Assembly (NCBI RefSeq): GCF_000981445.1
Contig: NC_027220.1
Location: 248,001 to 312,000 of the forward strand
Reading direction: 5' to 3'
Length of the DNA stretch: 64,000 bases
DNA from: Babesia bigemina
Lineage: Eukaryota
The notes under the pieces were generated by a model. The model was not told the origin of the DNA. It saw only the letters and a list, made by a program, of their open reading frames with translations, and searched no databases. A program made the position numbers and the translations under genes. Positions 1-14,117 of the stretch are shown one piece after another; position 1 is the stretch's first letter; each line of letters starts with the position of its first letter.

Positions 1-34
1 AGGCAATATGCACGTTTTCTTCCTGAAACCGCAG

Positions 35-190
35 GAACACACCGCCCATCGTGTTGCCTACGACGAAATGCGTATACTCGCCCGGCGGCTTGAGCTCGCA
101 CACCAGGTACCCGTGCCGGAGGAAGCGGTGTCGGACATGCCAACGGAACCAGCGCCTGCCTACGGTACCGCGGATAACGTCACCCAGTGA
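35..190 (+). CDS. Last exon of an unidentified gene extending upstream of the window
   Basis: Pyrimidine-rich stretch ending in CAG at 34, then an open frame EHTAHRVAYDEMRILARRLELAHQ... to TGA at 188-190; no recognisable motif. Confidence 0.4.
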   Translation, partial: EHTAHRVAYDEMRILARRLELAHQVPVPEEAVSDMPTEPAPAYGTADNVTQ

Positions 191-276
191 ACCCGCATCG
201 CACACTAACTTGGAAATGCTGCTATAAATGTACAGTATCGTATTATGTTGTTCAGTGGCCACTCTTTTGGGCATTA

Positions 277-753
277 TCAGGCGTCCTTTCGCCTCGGTAG
301 TTCTGTTATTCTGGGCCCCCTGTCATTCACAGATAGCACGTTCTCGAAGTCGGAAATGCGTTTGCGCAACACCGCTAGGGTACGCGCGATGTCGGTTTCG
401 TCCTTAACGCGTTTTCGCAATTTCGGTTCGGGGGAGTGCAGCAGCTCGTTTATCACCAGGTCGGAGGCTATGGTGTATAGGCTGCGACAGCTGTGCAGCT
501 GCGCGAGATTACGCGGCTCACTCACGCACACCTACCAGGCTATCGTTATGAAGCTTCAACTGAAAGTTGTCGATCTCCGTGCGCAGAAGACAGTCCTGCG
601 TCGCCTCGAGCTGTGCAGTGTATGAGCGCGCCTACGGCGAACACCAACCTGTGCACACTCAATAATCGAGTAGAAGGCGGCGACAACGCGTTTGGTGTGT
701 AGGTTGATGGAACTGTGTATGCCCGCCCGCTCCTCCTCGGGGCTGAAATCCAT
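277..753 (-). CDS. Small 3-exon helical protein, Mediator subunit Med22 (SURF5)-like, ~133 aa
   Basis: ATG at 753; GT-AG introns 611-648 (38 nt) and 499-535 (37 nt) give a continuous frame MDFSPEEERAGIHSSINLHTKRVVAAFYSIIECAQ-LEATQDCLLRTEIDNFQLKLHNDSL-LHSCRSLYTIASDLVINELL..., matching the Med22 pattern (F..II..AQ ... L...C.SL....SDL....L). Confidence 0.55.
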
Positions 754-987
754 CGCAGACTACGACAGAAGGCAGGGATGAATACCCTACCGTAAAGGCG
801 CTTCAACACGACATAACGATCGTACTAAACAGCGTCTGCTCCCGCGCGACTGTTGTGCAAAGCGGCCGCCTACGCGGGCGCACGACAACGTCTACGAGCG
901 CAATATACCACACGGGCCAACTAGGGCCTACAATACGCCACACCACGAATACATTAGCGAATATGTCACGTTATCATAGGGGCAGTT

Positions 988-2834
988 TCACCACCATTCA
1001 TCGTCCGCTTCGTGGAAGGCAGAATTCTTGTTCTGCTGAGAGTATCCGCTATTTCCGCGACCTTTAGTCCCCTGGTTAAAAGTAACGGACTCAGCGTGGC
1101 CGCGCACATCGCGGGAGACAAATTGGCGGCTGAATTTCCCGCCCGATGAACGCTTCCCGTGGTCGCGGCCACCGGATGAAAATGCTTGAGCGGTAACCAT
1201 TTTTTGGAACCACTGAGGAACCTCTTGATTGGATTCCTCCAACAGGGCAAGCAAGTCTCTCAAGATTCCTCGGTTGGTCTCGTTGACCAGCGAGGTGGCA
1301 ATACCTACGTTACCCGCGCGACCGGTACGACCGATGCGGTGCACATAGTCATCGATGTTTGACGGCAGGTCGCAGTTGATCACGTGTGTGATGTTGTTGA
1401 TGTCCAAACCTCTTGCCGCGACGTCTGTAGCCACAAGGATGGGGCGTTCGCCCGTCTTGAACAGGCGCAGCGCCTCTTCGCGATCCTGCTGACTGCGGTC
1501 ACCGTGAATGTTGACCGCCATGAAATTTTCCCTCAGCAAGAAGGCCTCGATAGTATCCGCGCGCCTTTTCGTCTCCACGAATATCAGCACGAGGCCATTA
1601 GCGTTTTCTCTGAGAAGCTTAATGAGGTAGCGGTTTTTCTGCTCCTCGTCAGCATACAACAGGCGCTGTCGAATGAACTCGTTGGTTGACCCCACGCGAC
1701 CAACCGCCAAGTAGAGGTAGTCGTGCAAGAAATCGCGTGCCAGTTGCTGAATCTCTTTGGGAAACGTAGCACTGAACATCACGGTCTGTCTTCCCACCTG
1801 AGGCATGGACCTGTTGTTGACGATGTTTCGGATTTGGGGTGCGAAACCCATATCAAGCATGCGATCAGCTTCGTCCAAAACCAGATACTTGACACATTTG
1901 AGCTCGACCTTGCAACGCTCAATGAAGTCAGCCAGGCGACCAGGCGTTGCCACACAAATGTCACAGCCGCGCTCCAAATCGAGTAGCTGTTTGCGAACTT
2001 CGCTACCTCCATACAACACCACAGCACGAATCCCTGTGGCGTAGATGAACTTGCGCGCCTCATTGAATGTCTGCATCGCCAACTCACGAGTGGGCGACAG
2101 CACTAGACACACCGGCATGGCAATGCGGTTGCCGTATGAGCTGGCCTCAGGGGGCCCGTCTCTAAGCATGGCTGTGCAAATGGGCAACAAGAACGCCGCC
2201 GTTTTCCCGGAACCAGTCTGTGCGCACGCCATAAGGTCGCGCCCCGCCATGATAACTGGGATGGAATGCTTCTGGATCGGTGTCGGCCTCGTGTAGTTAA
2301 CGCGGCGGATGTTGACCATGAGCAACTCATGAATGCCATTTTCAAAATCTTCTACGGGCTGGATGGTGTTGGATTTGTTACCGGTCATTTCGACCGGGAT
2401 ATTCTCGTACGAGCCGAAGTTGATGCCCGCGTGAGTGCAGGTCTCCATGTCCCCGAACACTTCTTCTTCCGACTCCTTCTGGTACCTCCGCCCATTTCTA
2501 GTTGCCCAAGGTGACGGGTACGAGCCTCTGTCGCGCTGACCGATGGCAGAACGGTCGCCGAAACGGTCGCGGCGCTGGTAGGAGCCAGCGTTGCCGCTGG
2601 TCCCGGCCGGGTCTAAGATGTTCCTGCGGTTTTCTTCATCTGAACGCCATTAAATTGCGTGAATAAAAACGCACTGAAGCTGCGCGCGGTCCTGTTGTCT
2701 CCGCGGTTGTTGCTGGCGAAGGCGCTGGTGTTGTTCCCACTGCCGTCGATCTGATTGCGACGGCTGGGTGGGACATACACTCTCCTGCTCGGCTTCGGAG
2801 CAGCTTCAGCTACGCCAGGAGTTTCTTTTTTCAT
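988..2834 (-). CDS. DDX3: DEAD-box RNA helicase, DDX3/Ded1 family
   Basis: N-terminal YVPP motif, GINF..YENIPVE, Q motif PTPIQK, AQTGSGKT, PTRELA, DEAD, SAT, HRIGRTGRAG, C-terminal ...DEWW. One 35-nt intron at 2640-2674. Confidence 0.93.
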
Positions 2835-3757
2835 GATACACTAGCGATGATCAAAGGCTGGGATGGCCGGTCCTTGCGAGTATCGACAGTGCTATCTAAA
2901 ATGTGCCCTCTGTGGTGGAGAGCAGTTGACTTCAGTCTTTACGATACTGCCCCGAATTGTGGCAAACGGAAGTTCAAAGTAAGTAATGTGTCCGTGTTGC
3001 GCGGCGGACTTATCCGTTTCTGGGGGGCGCTGCAGCAGCGACAAGAACATCCAGACAGGGACAACAGGGCTGCATAACGCGATATTTCTGTCGGCATACG
3101 AAGCTACAAAACACACTTGCAGCGGCACACTGAGCAGTGTTCGTTTACGTTGGTCTTTCTTAGTAGGCTGTTGACGCGGTTCGCTAAAGAAGGCAACTGG
3201 TGAGCCGCGCGAAAAAAATTCAATGCCGCGTGAACTTTTCCAACACCCAGATCTCTAATTGCTGTGCGCCTACAGTTGGCGTGCCGCAGTTGTCTGCGCA
3301 CACCGCTACCAGCTGTGTTAGATTTGTTTTACTATAACACTGTGAACGATCACGGCGCTAATCTTATCCACTGATGTGCTCTTTTGTTGTTGCTTACCTC
3401 AGGGTGAATGCGATTTCAATATGGATACCCGTGAGCCGGCGCGTGGCGTAGACGTATTGCTGCGTTGGCGGCGAGCCACATAACACATACGAAAAGGGCA
3501 CATCCAATAGATGCCGACGTTTTTTCTAGCCCTTTTTAGCTGCTGCTGTAAATTGGTGTATGATGTGCCAGTGTGTCTGGTCGCGCGGGTAACGACCATT
3601 GCTCAGTAGCAGTGAGAGTGTTCACGCAACAATTTGAGCAACACACCTGCCGGCTAGAGCACTACACTGGTACCGGCTAGCGCCGCGGGCGTCTTGGCTC
3701 GGAGGGTCATAATCGGCTGATTTTGCCTGCCGTGCTGTAACCGTGAAGTGAGACAAG

Positions 3758-6700
3758 ATGAGGGCTCCGTGGAAATGGTTCGAGCGCCAGGGGTATGTTA
3801 CCGTGGAATCGAAAGCGTGACTTTGCCGCAGCGAGGAGACCATGCGGTACGTTACCGTTAACGACCGGCAGTCCACACACTTCTGCTCGAACAATGTGAA
3901 GACGACCAAGTACACACTCTACAACTTCCCAATCAAGAACCTACTGGAGCAGCTACATGAGCCGTCGAACCTCTACTTCGTGTTTATCGCCATATTACAG
4001 CTCATCCCCAGGGTAAGTGGCTGAACGCTCTTCTGTGTGTCTGGGCATGTGAATTCAAAGTTGATTTTGCATCGAGGTTTTGCTTAGTGCCCTATTGAAA
4101 GGCTGGGTGTACGCTTATGTGCGTCAACACTAACTGTCTGGCTGACAACTGTGATGTTTATTGCCCGGTTTAATGGGCAACCTTCCCTGGAGCATTCTAG
4201 ACAGTGGAATTCATGCGTTATATTTCGCCTTTGGTTCACACGTATATGTCCTAACTCGTTATCGTTGCGCATTTGGTGTTTAGTTTAATGCCCGGTTACC
4301 TCAACACATATCTATGATGCGCCATAGACCTTATTTTCACATTAACCATGCTCTCATCTTACCTGTCTAATTGTTTGCAGATATCTTCCACCCATGGCAT
4401 ACCCGTCATGCTGCTGCCGCTCTCCATTGTCATGCTCGGAAATGCCATCAAAGACGCCTACGAGGACTACCGGCGCTACCTCGCTGACAACGAGGTCAAC
4501 AACAGCATCGCGCAAGTGGCCGTTCACCCGCAGCTGACTAAAATGGAAAAGGCGATACGTACGATCCCCACAAATGAGGCGCCCAGACGGTCCTTCATCA
4601 CCAAGGCCGTTGCTGACGACAAAATAATTTACAAAAGGTGGCACGAGGTTGAGGTGGGCGAGGTCATTGTGGTTCAAAACGGTGACACAATTCCCGCCGA
4701 TATTGTACTTATCGGTTCGTCGGAAATCAACGGAGTCGCGTTCGTGGAGACGGGGTGCCTGGACGGAGAGAGCACGCTCAAGAAAAAGGAGGCAGTGTTG
4801 AGGGCTGCGGACCACCTCACCCGAGACCTGGATACGGCCCTAAAGCGTTTCAAGGACATAAAGGGCAGCATTAATTGCGAGCCTCCGAATCAACACCTGA
4901 TCACGTTTGATGGGTCGTTGACGTATCAAATTTCCGCTGGCGTGGATGCGCCGCTTGAGGACGGGTCATGTGGTAGCGACGGAGCGCCCGCCCCTTCGGC
5001 CAGAAACCGTGCCGAGACAGCCGGCTCCGAGGCGACCGAAACATCGATAACCCTTCTGCAGCTGCTCCTCAGAGGATGCAAATTGCGCAACACTGCGTGG
5101 GCAATGGGCATCGTTATATACACGGGTCATGAGACTAAGATTTACAAGAACATCCCCAAAACGCCACACAAAGTGAGCAACCTGAATCGAATCATGGTTA
5201 AACTCACGTTCATCGTGTGGATGTTCCAAATCGCACTGTGTTCGGTGGCTGCGCTGTGGACCGTGTACAGACACAGCCACGGTCTGGATCGTGCCCTGCC
5301 GTACCTGCAAGGAGAGGATGAGGATTATGGATTGTTCCGCGTGTTCGTGATATCGTTCTTCTCCTGGATTGCCATATCGGCCACGTTTGTGCCCATCAGC
5401 ACCATCGTGAGCATGAACCTCGCTAGGATTGCTCAGGCCTTTTTCATCCACTATGACACCGACATGTATTATGACGAGATCAACATGCACGCTGCAGCCC
5501 GTACGACGTCGCTGAACGAGGACCTGGGGCAGGTGCACTACCTGTTCTCGGACAAGACCGGAACTCTAACGTGCAACAAGATGGTCTTCCGAAAGTTCTC
5601 CGTTGCCGGGAGGTCCTACGGCAAGGGCTACACCGACATTCGAAGGTTCGTTCTCAGCAGGCAGGGCGCGATATTGGAGCCGGAGCCCGAGAACCCGCTG
5701 TACGACAAGGAGTCCCACGTGAACCTGGTGGACGACGACCTCTTTAAGCACCTCAAGAACCCCAGTGACCCAAGACACACTCACTTGGTGGAGTTATTCA
5801 TGCACATGATCTGCAACAACGGCGTGCTCACGGATGCGACGGCATCGGGAGAGGTGACGTACAATTCACAAAGTCCTGATGAGCTGTGTTTCGTACATGC
5901 TGCGCGTTTTGCTGAGTTCAAGCTCGTCGACAAAACCAGCAACTCGATCACCATGACGGTGTTTGGCCGGAAGATGAAAGTGCGTACGCTAGCGATGATA
6001 GAATTCGATTACTTCCGCCGATGCAGCTCTGCCATCATTGCGTTCCCGAAGGACCCCACGACCAACCTGGAGGACAAGGACCTCAACAAGTTCAGGATCG
6101 TGCTGTTCTGCAAAGGAGGCGACAACGTCATTATGGGCAAACTGAAATGCAAAAGCGAGGTTGACAACGTGACTGCGTCCTACTGCGACCAGTTCTCCCG
6201 TGACGGACTACGCACGCTGGTGTTCGCGAAGAGAGAGCTCACCACAGCCGAGTTCATGGAATGGAACGAAAAGTACATTGAAGCGCAGGCCGACATTCTA
6301 AACCGGGAGAAGTCGGTGTCGATGTGCGCCTCGCTCATCGAGCAGGACCTCGTGCTCCAAGGCGTCACAGGCATTGAGGATAAGCTGCAGGACGGCGTCG
6401 GGGAAACCATCGAACTCTTGGGTGCCGCTGGGATCAAGGTCTGGATGCTCACGGGAGACAACCTGGAGACCGCTATCAACATCGGCATCGCCACCAACCT
6501 GCTCAGGGTCTTCTCGCAGCGCATAGATTTGCACTCGGCTGCGTGCGCGACGGATGAACTGCACGCTAAGGTCCGCGAGTGGCTCGCCAGGGTGAAAGAG
6601 GATCCAGGGAGCGTCTCCCACAGGTGCGTCGTGATCGACGGCATAGCGACCGCGGAGCTCACCAAGGACGAAATCGTGGAGGAGTTTGTCGAACTGTGCA

Positions 6701-7704
6701 CGTATTGCCACTCCGCCATTTGCTGCCGTATGACCCCAGCGCACAAGGGTCTCTTCGTCGGTCTGTTCAAGCGGAAGCTAGGTACCGTGATGATGGCCAT
6801 CGGTGATGGCGGCAACGACTGCAACATGATCCAGACGGCCGATGTCGGCATCGGCCTCAAGGGCAAGGAGGGCATGCAGGCGTTCAACGTGTCCGACTAC
6901 GGCATCGGGCAGTTCCGGTTCCTGACGCCCCTGATTCTCAACCACGGCCGCAACTGCTACCGTCGCCTGGCCAAAAGCGTGGCTTACATGTTTTACAAAA
7001 ACATCACGCTCATCATGCCCATCTTCTTCTACGGCTACACCTCGCTGTTCAGTGCCCAGCGTATTCTGCTCGAGGTTTTGGTTGCGCTCTACAACGTCTG
7101 CTTCACTGGCATCAACGTCATCCTGGTGGGGTCCATTGACCGCGACATCGACAAGACGCTGAGCTACAGGTATCCGCACCTATACCAACTCGGGCAGAAG
7201 AACTACTACCTGAACGCGAAGGTGTTCCTCGGGTGGCTTTTCAACAGCTTCTTCCACGCGCTGATCATTTTCTTGATGATGAACTTCGGCCTCAACGACC
7301 GCTACACCATCCCCAGCAGCGATGGGCTGCCGCTCACCAGCCCGCAGCTGGGTATCGGCATGCTGCTCATTGTGATGATCGTGGTGAGCTGCAAGCTCAT
7401 CATGGAAACGTGGTACTACACTCGTCTAACTACCGCGACGTACCTTTTCAGCTTCTTCAACTTCTTCCTTTCCATCTACGTCATATCGCTGTCCAGCAAG
7501 CTCGGGAGCGGACTGCTCGGTGGTGCCATGAACCTGCTTTCGAACGGGCGTTTTTGGATAGTGTTGGTGGCCTCCACCGCGGCGTCGCTCTATCGCGACT
7601 ATCTGATGAAGGTGGTGCACTACTCGTTCTTGCCCCACTACTACCAGTACGTCCAGCGCAAGGAGTACCTCGCCAACAAGCTGGACTCTTTCCGTGATGG
7701 ATAA
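3758..7704 (+). CDS. P4-type ATPase (phospholipid flippase)
   Basis: Exons 3758-3792, 3832-4012, 4381-7704. Motifs FCSNNVKTTKY, DGES, LNEDLGQVHYLFSDKTGTLT (phospho-Asp), GLRTL, EDKLQ, WMLTGD, GDGGND, FYKN; multiple hydrophobic helices. Confidence 0.95.
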
Positions 7705-8056
7705 AACCGATGTAACATGATGTTTAGGGGGCGGCTTGGGCTCGCCGGCTCCCAGTATTTGGTTTTGGGGCTACACGTGTGCCTCCCTCGTGTACAAGTG
7801 CTCTGGCAGCGGGCACGCCAGTGACCCGCGCAAATCGCAAAAGCCTCGCAACGCGCCGATGTTAATAGGGGATGTGCTACATAGCCCAGCTATGCGAGAC
7901 TGGATGACTCGCATTCGTATGCGACCTTCAAACCGTGAACACAAGCCATGCGTGCCCACTCGGGCTCCACGAACTGGCAGCAACGTGTGAACTAAGCCGA
8001 CGCACATTTGTACGTGAATTTCTAAAGTAGTGTCTAGATACATTAACATCACTTGG

Positions 8057-11000
8057 TTAGCGGTAGCCCAACTGCAGTTTCGGCTGCGGGACCTGCTGCG
8101 CGGAGAACGACCGCGCCGCGTTGCGCGGGATCGTCCGCAGCGTCTGTATCATGAACGGCATGAGGATGTCGAGGTCCAGGGCGTTGACCCACGCCAGCTC
8201 CAGGATGTCGGCGGGCTCGAGCAGCCCGAAGTTGACGGTCAGGCACGCGACGAACTCCTCGCGGAGCCCGTGCTCTATGAAGTATTTCGCCATCTCAAGC
8301 GCGAGCGACTCGCTGCGGGACATGTTGACGGCCTTGATGGCACCGGCGAAGTCGCCGTTGCGCCTGTGAATCAGCGCCGACTTGGAGAAATCGCGCGAGC
8401 GGGCGTAGAGCACCCCAGCGATGCTGCGCATCTGCGGCAGGCGGTGCCCCTCGAGCTTCGCGCATAGCGCCTGCTGGTCAAAGACCGCCAGCCTGACTAT
8501 GCTGCGCTCCAGCAGCTCGTGCTCCTCCTCCTCGACGTAGACCTCCAACAGGGCGTCGTTTACGCCGGGGTTGCTCTTGTCCGCCACGGCCTCCAGGTAC
8601 TCCCTCGCTATGCCGAGGCAGTCCGCGTTTTTCAGGATCTTTATCACGCGGATGGGGTCGACGCGGTTCTTGATGCTGATGAGCAGACGCGTCAGCAGCA
8701 TAGGCTCGCACTGGATACAGAAGTGGATGGCCTTGTACAACGCCTCCGGGTTGGCAGCTTCCCCAGCCGCCGCAAAGAAGACTTCCTCGTCCCACGCCAG
8801 GCCGTAGTGCGACACCATGGACATGAGCGCCTTGTCCGGTGATTCCAGGCGGTAGAGGTATATGGCCTCCCTCCACAGCCAGAGGTTGCAGCACTCGCGC
8901 GCCACGCGGGCGATGTTCAGAGAGGTGCGGATCGATTCTCCGGTGTAACGGTTTTTGAAGTGCGCCAATAGGTCGTCGGGCCGGTACTTCGCAACCGCGA
9001 TCGCCAGTTCGGTGCAAACGGCCACGGAGCGCTCCGAATTCTCAAGCAGGTGGATGACCTCCTGAACGTTCCCCGTGTTCTCGTACATGGCTACAATGCC
9101 CGGCAGGAAATCGGGGTAAGTCAACAGCTCTATGGCCACATTGTGGGCGATTGCGAGCTGGTTTTTCAAGACACAGGTCTCTACCACCTGCCGGAGCACC
9201 TGGGGGTTGCGGGCCTTCAAGGCGGTCTCCGCAGCCTGCTCGAAGTTGTCCAGGTTCAGATGACAAACGGCCAGTTTGGAGTGGTTGGGAACGCTTGAGT
9301 AAACGATCACCGCTTCTGCGTACCTCTGCGCTTCCATAAGCTTGCTGCCCACGTATGCGACGTCGGCGCAGTTCTTCGCGCTCAGCACCTCGCGGAACTC
9401 ATCCGTGTTACCGCTCTCAGCGAGACACAGCAGCAGATCGGTATCTATCTGTCGGTTCTCCCTGACCTTGCGGCACTCGCGTAGCCACCGCAACAAAAGG
9501 TCGGTGTCCTTGCCGCACGCTTCCTTTATGCGTTCGTGGTCGCTGGGGTTGCCACTGCGCACGTAGGCGTCAATGGCCGGAGAGAGCTCCTTGTGCTCCA
9601 AATATGCCCTACCAAGCCTGAACCACATCTCAGACTGATCGACGCTTTCAACGTATTCCTGGGCCTCCTTGAGAATGCCCTCCTCCTTCATGTTCAATAA
9701 CGCATCCAGAGCGTCCAAGTGGCGGCCGGCATTCTTGAGGATGGAGAAAGACGACCTGGTACGACCCAAGCTAGTAGCAAGCTTCGATAGCGCCGTGACG
9801 TCGTAGTTGTCCAGCTTGGGGAGGTACTCCTCCAATTTTTCCGGGTTGGTCCTCACCGCGGTAGCAAGCAACAGGTTCTGCAGATTACCGCTTGACGCGA
9901 ACTGCGTCTGCGTGAGCAGCAGCTGCTCCAGCAGCGCTATAACCTCCGCGTCCATGTTCGCATCCAGCAGCGCCTTCAGGACGCAGGAGATCTCAGCCGC
10001 GTTAGAGCTCTCGGGCGCCAGGGACACCAGCTCCTCACAAATATGCTTACGGTCCTCGGGCTTCACGGCAGTAGAGTCGGCCGAGAAAATCTCCCGCCAC
10101 ATCCGTGCAGACGAGCGCTTCAGCGCGTACGAGGCCAGCATCCGGTGCAGGGAGTTGCCCGCGCATACGCGCAACACGTCGTCATCCATGGTAGCCTGGG
10201 AGTATATGAGGTAAGCCAGCATCGGGTCGCGCTCCTCGCAGAACTTGCCCACGACAGCGCGGTCGTAGTGGGTGTTGGTGCGCAAGAACTCCTCTGCATC
10301 CTGCTGCGAAGAGACTCTGATCTTGGCCAGCGCGGTGTGGATCTCGGTTTCTTTGTAACCATCGTTGACCCGCTTCTGCAGCCAGTCCTTCAACATCAGC
10401 AGCTGGTGGCGCTCGTCAGCCACCTTGATCATCGCTATCATGCCGTTGGAGTCCTTTAGATTTTCGAGGATCGAGTGGATCGTGCTCTCCGCGGCGCCAA
10501 TGTCAAACAGCGCGGAGACGACCGCCGCAACACCTCCCGGGTTTATGGTGTTCACGTATATCTCGATCGCCTTCTCCATGCCGTTGCGATAGAGATACTC
10601 GGTAAGCTCCGCCAAGTCGCCCAGCTTGTGGCAGACGATCATCAAGCTCTTGGGGCTGGGGAGCGCGGACTGCTTGAGCAGCTCCTTGACGCGAAGGCCG
10701 TCGTAGCAGTTCGATTCTTTGCAAACGCGTTCCAGATCATCATACTCGGCACGGTCGATGCAGCACTGGATGAATTTGTATACCAGCGTGGCATTCAGCT
10801 CTGTCTTTTCCGCCAGCGCAGCCTGGGAGATTACCGGAAGCGCCTTCAAAAACAGGAACAGCAAATCAGATGAACCACTGCGCTCGAACGTTTGCACCAA
10901 TTGCATGGTGCCGATGTGGTTGTGCAGGCTTAGTGCGGACGAGACCACCTCGTGATTGCCGACATCGCTGGAGTCTGCCATATCGCGGATAACCTCCAAA

Positions 11001-13469
11001 GCCTGCTCGGGCGTCATCGCCTTCATGGTCGTCTCGAATATGCCGCGGCTCAATTTGCCACCGGCCTTGATCACGATGCGCTTAATGTCAAACAACGAAG
11101 TGTGGTGCTTCACGGCCAAGTCGAAGAGGTCCGCGCTCTCACACAGGCGCGCTATGTACGACCGGTCGTAATGCGTCAACACGTTCATCTGCAAAATCAT
11201 CTCCCCCACACGCGGTTGCTGCTGGAGGTTCACTTCCAACAGGCGGGTCTGGAGCGCCGCGTGCTGTTCGCGGTTGGGCTTCAGGTATTCCAGCAAGATT
11301 TTAGTGAGCTCCTGCAGCTTGTTGTTCTTTATCAATACCTCGGTGACCTGGCCCACATCGCACAAACACTCTCCGGGGCCCAAACCGGCGATCAAGTCGT
11401 TCACGAAACCCACGATATCAGCTGATCGGGAGTTCACCATGTGGTCCACGATAGCGTCCATCGAAGGCAGCCCTGGGATCTGCGCGACCCTGTCGCCGGT
11501 GGAACCGGTCACGTAGGTTACGTCTGACAGCGGGATCTTGCGGATGTAAGGCACCACCTTCTCCGCGTGGCCGGCGTCCAGGAGACACATGATAGCCTTA
11601 AAGTGGGATCCGAGTGACACATTGATTTTGAATGCCAGCAATGGGCTCAGACTGCGGACCAAGTCGGCGAGCTCCTCTGACTCGGTCAATTTGCCCTCAT
11701 CCAACCACTTCTTCACCAACTCCTCACGGCCCTGAGCCACCACCGGGCGGACCAGTTCAATCGACTCCCTAGCCGTCAAACGCCCGTGCTCCAGCAGCAC
11801 CGAAAAGTAATGCAGCGCCGGCGCAGACTCCCCCGGCAACGCCGGTGCGTTGACGAACCGTTCCATGATCTCCGGCGTGCGCAAGGCGCCGTTCTTCAAA
11901 GAGGCAACCAGCCTCGCGGCCTGCTTGTAGTCGCGCCTGGAGAAGTAGTCCTCGAAAGAGCGCATCACCAGGTTCTCTGACCCGGGGTAGCCAAACCTCG
12001 TCGCCAGGCTCACGCGGACCTCGTCCGGGCAGCTCAAAGCCGACAGCAGACGGTTCTCGTCAACTATGGCCTCCACAACGTCGCCGGAACGATTCACGGC
12101 AATGACACCAACGGCTTTGCCTTCACTACGCTTGGCATCGGCCACGAACAGCGGCACGTCGCTGATTTTACGGCTGCATTCGAGTTAGCTGCTAGGGGTC
12201 CGTGGACTCACCTGAATAGAGGCAGCGCCGTAGCAGCATCGTGGTAGTGCGCGAAACCGTTTTTGGTCAAGACGCAAATGAGTCCGCAGGAGTCAAGGAT
12301 CTGCACGAATATGGGGAAGTCGCCCATAGTAGTGGCAATGTTTTCGATCTCCTTGGACACCTTCAGTGGTGCGGGGGCACCCTCGGTGCGCTGCGTGTAA
12401 ATATCCATGCAGTGCAGCTTCGACGTCTGCGCGCCCCGTTTGTGCTCACAGAAGACCAGCAGACCCGTGGTGTCGAAGTTATCTTTGGAAATGCGGAGCC
12501 TGCCGAAAGTGCCGGTGTACCCCTCGAGCAGCTGCTGCTGGCGGCGCTCTGTGGAGTAGAGCTGGATAGAGCCCTCTACGGTTGCGCCCTGATCGAGCGA
12601 GTAGATCCCGCACACCATACACCATTTTGCGTTGTCGTCAGAGGCGTAGTGCACCAGTTTGGTCGACGGGTCAGCTAGCTTTCCCGAGCGTGCAAACATG
12701 AGCACGGGCTCTCCGGAGCGCACTGTCCAGTGGTAGACTGACGTGGTGGTCACAACTGCAAGCGTCGTGCTGGAAATCCAGCGCCAGAAAACGACCGCTT
12801 CTGAAAACTGATGAGCGCCCAGCTTCTCCTTGGTCTCCAGATGAAATACTTGGACAAAGTGGCCACCATCGACGGATGCCTTCAATGCGATGATGAACTC
12901 ATTAGGGTGCATAATAGTCGCCTCCGCCTTGATGGGACGGCGTGACACATCGCCGCCCTTGTGCAAGTCGATGATCGCGACGGAGGGGGATGCGCCTTCG
13001 GACTCCCGAACGCACACAAATCTGTCACCACCCAGCGTGAGCGTTCCGAACCTGAAGCATCCATCGTCGAAACCCAGATCCTTCAGCTGAGGCAACAATG
13101 AGCACTTCACCAAACAGCACACGCATCACCCGTTTGCAAATACGCCACTATGCCGGAATATACGCATTACACAACCGCAATGTATGGACGCAGGGACGCG
13201 AGAATATCACGCTGGGAGATAGCAGTCACAGCCGGATCCGATGGATGTGAAAGCAACACACACTTTCAAATACACACATCCACAATCTAGCACGATGTGT
13301 TCGCGCATAAGGCTACATCGCATCCTCCGGCGCCAAGTTGAGATACGCGATTACGCGCGTTAACTCAAAAATGTGTGCCGCCGTGAGCGTAGACAGCAAC
13401 GCACAGGTCACGAAAAGCAAGGCTACCTACCCTAAGCACGGTTGTCACATTCACGGGAGCTCCTGCCAT
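8057..13469 (-). CDS. CHC: Clathrin heavy chain
   Basis: Exons 13431-13469 (MAGAPVNVTTVLR), 12212-13086 (propeller: RRPIKAEATIMHP, FWRWIS, IQLYSTER) and 8057-12173 (LRTPE, LQTRLLEVNL, GKFCEERDP, LQNLL, LMPFMIQ). Confidence 0.95.
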
Positions 13470-14117
13470 CTTCTGTGTGATCTTGTGAACGGTTAAATGT
13501 GCATCCAAAGCCCGGCCGCAGGGCCTATTCGTATGCCCGCTAACCTACTAATTTCCTCATACACACCCTGCCCAAATTTGTGGGCCCGATGTGAAAGCGC
13601 ACTGTGACGAGAGCAGGGCTCGGCCGCAGTGGCAAGGTGGATAGGTGGGGATTGGGACTTACGCAACGTCACAAGTGAGCCTCCGAATATAACTACGCGC
13701 CAGCACTCGGCGAATTCCCGTGTTTCTGTCCAGAGGCGACTTCTGCGCTTCGACTATCCTGTCATACGACTCCCTTGCTAACCCACTACCAAGCAGGTCT
13801 TAACCTACACACGACACATAGAGCGCCGCCCATTGCTTCCAAACCGGCCGTATATTTACCAAGTTTTGTGGCACGCCAAGACCGAATTAGTCGGTGTTGT
13901 TTGATTGCACACATAAATCTGTTAAAACGTGCGCCGGCAACCTACGCGGCACAGGGCGATTGCCCGTTGTATGATATCGCAGGAGCGGCAGATAGCCGTT
14001 TTGCCAGAGCTCACAATAGTCATGGTCAACGCCAGTCTCCATATGCGCTTGTTACCCGAAGTTTTGGCGTAGGAAGCTGACTCCGTGCACGCTGTCTAAT
14101 CTGATGACCCCCGGACC

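Noticed and set aside
4354..11980. Many long antisense or alternate-frame ORFs over the P4-ATPase and clathrin genes
   Set aside because: Expected shadows of GC-rich codon usage; no recognisable motifs.
13775..14080. 101-aa + ORF between clathrin and p44
   Set aside because: TTG start, no motifs, lies in a divergent promoter/UTR region.
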